Origin: Anthoceros angustus
Taxonomy: Eukaryota; Plantae; Anthocerotophyta
Reading direction: 5' to 3'
DNA: 64,000 nt
Assembly: GCA_010909165.1 (NCBI GenBank)
Contig: MU008160.1
Coordinates: 992,001 to 1,056,000, forward strand
Part shown: one piece after another, positions 61,322-64,000 of the stretch
Position numbering within the stretch: the first letter of the stretch is position 1
Layout of the letters: each line of letters begins with the position of its first letter
Notes under the pieces: model-generated
The model's input: only the letters and a program-made list of their open reading frames with translations
Databases searched by the model: none
What the model was told of the DNA's origin: nothing
Translations under genes and position numbers: made by a program

Positions 61322-62190
61322 TCATTTTCCACTCCAAGTCTTGGACCAGTGAGAAGCCCATTTCAGGCCAATGTGGAAAGCTTCTTCGGCTTGTAGAAAT
61401 ATCAGATCCGTGGCTTGTAGAAATATCAGATCCGTGGAACTGTGGCAGTCACTGCACATCCGTAGATTCTTTGTCACCAGGAGAGGTGTGCCACTCGGGG
61501 TGTTGAAGAGACCATACTCCAGAGCTAGCTTCTCAGCATGACCGCAAAGCATTAATACCTTGTTTTCTTTAGCAGAAGCCTACCTCTTTGCACAGCTAGT
61601 TGAGCTGAAAGATGCCTCCCCAGAAAAGATGCAATCTACCTCAGAGTATACACTCATTTTCCCATTTACTTGTACTGTTAACACTACTGTCACCCGTGAT
61701 CCCCTGTCACCCCTCCATCGTCTGACACTCTCGTTGTGCTCACAGAGTCCTGTGCATTCATGGCGTAGTGGGAGGCTCCAAGTAAGTTGCCTCTTGTTGC
61801 CAGGTTTCCTCCAGCCAAACAAGCACCATTGCATGTACTTCAGAGATATGGACAGCGTACTTTAAACGTTTTCAGTTGCATCTTCTTGTTCAGATGGTAA
61901 AGGATAGGCCTTCTTGAATAACCGTTTACTCTGTTGCCTGTTTGTTGTGGTTGTGTAGCTTTGCTCAGATATACAAGGATGTCAGGGCAGCAGTTGATCT
62001 GTGTCATCGTGATGGCACTTTGAAGCTGGCTGTTGCGTCTAATTCCTGGCGAGCAAGCAAGTAGATCACCTTAACCTATGTTTGGCAAAGCTTTTGGCAT
62101 CTCTGGACTGTCTTGGCATCTCTGGACTGTCTCTGTCGAAGACATGGTACAACATGTTAGAGGTAGCTTGGTGGGGCCAGTAACTAGATT
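61322..62190 (-). pseudogene. DYW:KP-type fragment, copy 3 (NTPSG variant)
   Basis: ORF 61322-61552. The upstream ORF 61580-61834 has FGWRKPG..QVNGK. Confidence 0.8.
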
Positions 62191-62472
62191 GAAATTTGTG
62201 TGGTGGGTATATCCATGAAGATCTTCATTTAGTTCCCATGCTGAAAACGCTTAGAGACTCTGGTCGGATGACGTCCTGGTAACAAACAGGTGAGTTTTAT
62301 GAAGTCTTGTTGTTTTGCTCCATGTTCTGTAGTGATTTAGGTTATTGAAACGTGTAGATCATCTACCAAGATTGCTGGTGAGGCAGACTTACACACACAG
62401 ACCTATTGGGTGTATGCAGTCTTTGGGATTACACACCTTCAAAGATGCATCAATCAATACTAAAACCTTTGT

Positions 62473-63340
62473 TCATTTTCCACTCCAAGTCTTGGACCAG
62501 TGAGAAGCCCATTTCAGGCCAATGTGGAAAGCTTCTTCGGCTTGTAGAAATATCAGATCCGTGGCTTGTAGAAATATCAGATCCGTGGAACTGTGGCAGT
62601 CACTGCACATCCGTAGATTCTTTGTCACCAGGAGAGGTGTGCCACTCAGGGTGTTGAAGAGACCATACTCCAGAGCTAGCTTCTCAGCATGACCGCAAAG
62701 CATTAATACCTTGTTTTCTTTAGCAGAAGCCTACCTCTTTGCACAGCTAGTTGAGCTGAAAGATGCCTCCCAGAAAAGATGCAATCTACCTCAGAGTATA
62801 CACTCATTTTCCCATTTACTTGTACTGTTAACACTACTGTCACCTGTGATCCCCTGTCACCCTCCATCGTCTGACACTCTCGTTGTGCTCACAGAGTCCT
62901 GTGCATTCATGGCGTAGTGGGAGGCTCCAAGTAAGTTGCCTCTTGTTGCCAGGTTTCCTCCAGCCAAACAAGCACCATTGCATGTACTTCAGAGATATGG
63001 ACAGCGTACTTTAAACGTTTTCAGTTGCATCTTCTTGTTCAGATGGTAAAGGATAGGACTTGAATAACCGTTTACTTGTCTGTTGCCTGTTTGTTGTGGT
63101 TGTGTAGCTTTGCTCAGATATACAAGGATGTCAGGGCAGCAGTTGATCTGTGTCATCGTGATGGCACTTTGAAGCTGGCTGTTGCGTCTAATTCTGGCGA
63201 GCAAGCAAGTAGATCACCTTAACCTATGTTTGGCAAAGCTTTTTGGCATCTCTGGACTGTCTTGGCATCTCTGGACTGTCTCTGTCGAAGACATGGTACA
63301 ACATGTTAGAGGTAGCTTGGTGGGGCCAGTAACTAGATTG
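62473..63340 (-). pseudogene. DYW:KP-type fragment, copy 4
   Basis: ORF 62473-62703. Confidence 0.8.
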
Positions 63341-64000
63341 AAATTTGTGTGGTGGGTATATCCACGAAGATCCACATTTAGTTCCCATGCTGAAAACGCT
63401 TAGAGACTCTGGTCGGATGACGTCCTGGTAACAAACAGGTGAGTTTTATGAAGTCTTGTTGTTTTGCTCCATGTTCTGTAGTGATTTAGGTTATTGAAAC
63501 GTGTAGATCATCTACCAAGATTGCTGGTGAGGCAGACTTACACACACAGACCTATTGGGTGTATGCAGTCTTTGGGATTATACACATGAGGTGATGAATT
63601 AGGTGTTCGGCAAAAGTGGCGCAAGTGTTGGTAATCCCCGAGATGACAAGTGGCTAAATTACTTCGATCTTGTGATCTCTGGCAGGTTCTAACCTCCTCA
63701 CCATATTGACATGGCTTTTACATTCCTCGGGTGAGAGTCCTTGAGGACCACCAGAACTGGTCTGATATATGCTTCTATCCTAGGAACTTGTCGATCTCAA
63801 GTTTGAATCTGACTGCCTTGCTGATTACTTATGACAATGCACATTCCAGTGCTAAACCTGCCTTCTTCATGGATGGTACTCGAGCTTCTCTTGTTGAAGT
63901 CGATATAAACACAGGAATGCTCTGAAACAGTGAGAACAGCACTCCTATGGTTATCAGGTCTGTCTATATGACGGCCCTGGATGCAGTCGCGGAGATGGTC

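Larger units (their letters stand above)
57619..63580. repeat. Complex amplicon A-B-A-B'-B-C-B-C (A 57619-58640 and 59610-60625; B 58636-59617, 60620-61272 truncated, 61267-62247, 62428-63396; C 62248-62427 and 63397-63580)
   Basis: Near-identical blocks joined at GCTGAAAA, GAATAA and ATTA(C/T)ACAC. Confidence 0.92.

Noticed and set aside
63600-64000. Possible upstream PPR motifs of the DYW:KP gene on the minus strand
   Set aside because: Only vague resemblance (VNMVRRLEPAR) with multiple stops, so it is not supportable as a feature.
1-64000. tRNA, rRNA, snRNA or telomeric repeats
   Set aside because: None recognised by eye. A covariance-model scan (tRNAscan-SE/Infernal) would be needed to exclude them formally.

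Overview
Eukaryotic nuclear DNA from a seed-free land plant, most likely a hornwort. This is inferred from short introns, WW-box and HAE/KP-type PPR-DYW editing factors, and duplicated TORNADO1-like genes. Many 1-2 nt indels break otherwise clean genes, which looks like unpolished long-read error, so pseudogene calls based only on frameshifts are tentative. Clearly supported genes: a PLS-class PPR-E+ protein (1-4050), an L-type lectin receptor kinase (6.1-8.2 kb, -), an SLX1 GIY-YIG nuclease copy (16.9-18.2 kb), two TORNADO1-like LRR-ROC-COR copies (13.1-15.8 kb, broken; 23.4-27.6 kb), dynamin DRP5A (31.8-35.2 kb), a small membrane protein behind an RY/ABRE cluster (35.8 kb), a RIN4/NOI protein (38.2-39.7 kb, -) and a DUF493 protein (50.6-51.7 kb). 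The rest is a mosaic of gene fragments (PPR, delta-COP, ABC1 kinase, DYW:KP) and TE relics (solo LTRs, Ty3/gypsy accessory ORFs and integrase, copia gag, CRE-like LINE, pogo-like, Sola-like, LINE ORF1-like). It also contains many tandem duplications, several joined at short microhomologies. The most notable observations are a microhomology-built amplicon carrying four copies of a U-to-C-type DYW fragment, a solo LTR with apparent AG...CT termini, three copies of an uncharacterised retrotransposon accessory ORF with a shared leader, duplicated ROCO genes with a sharp GC step, and a RIN4 with a triplicated NPNDPxENP motif. No rRNA, tRNA or CRISPR array was recognised.
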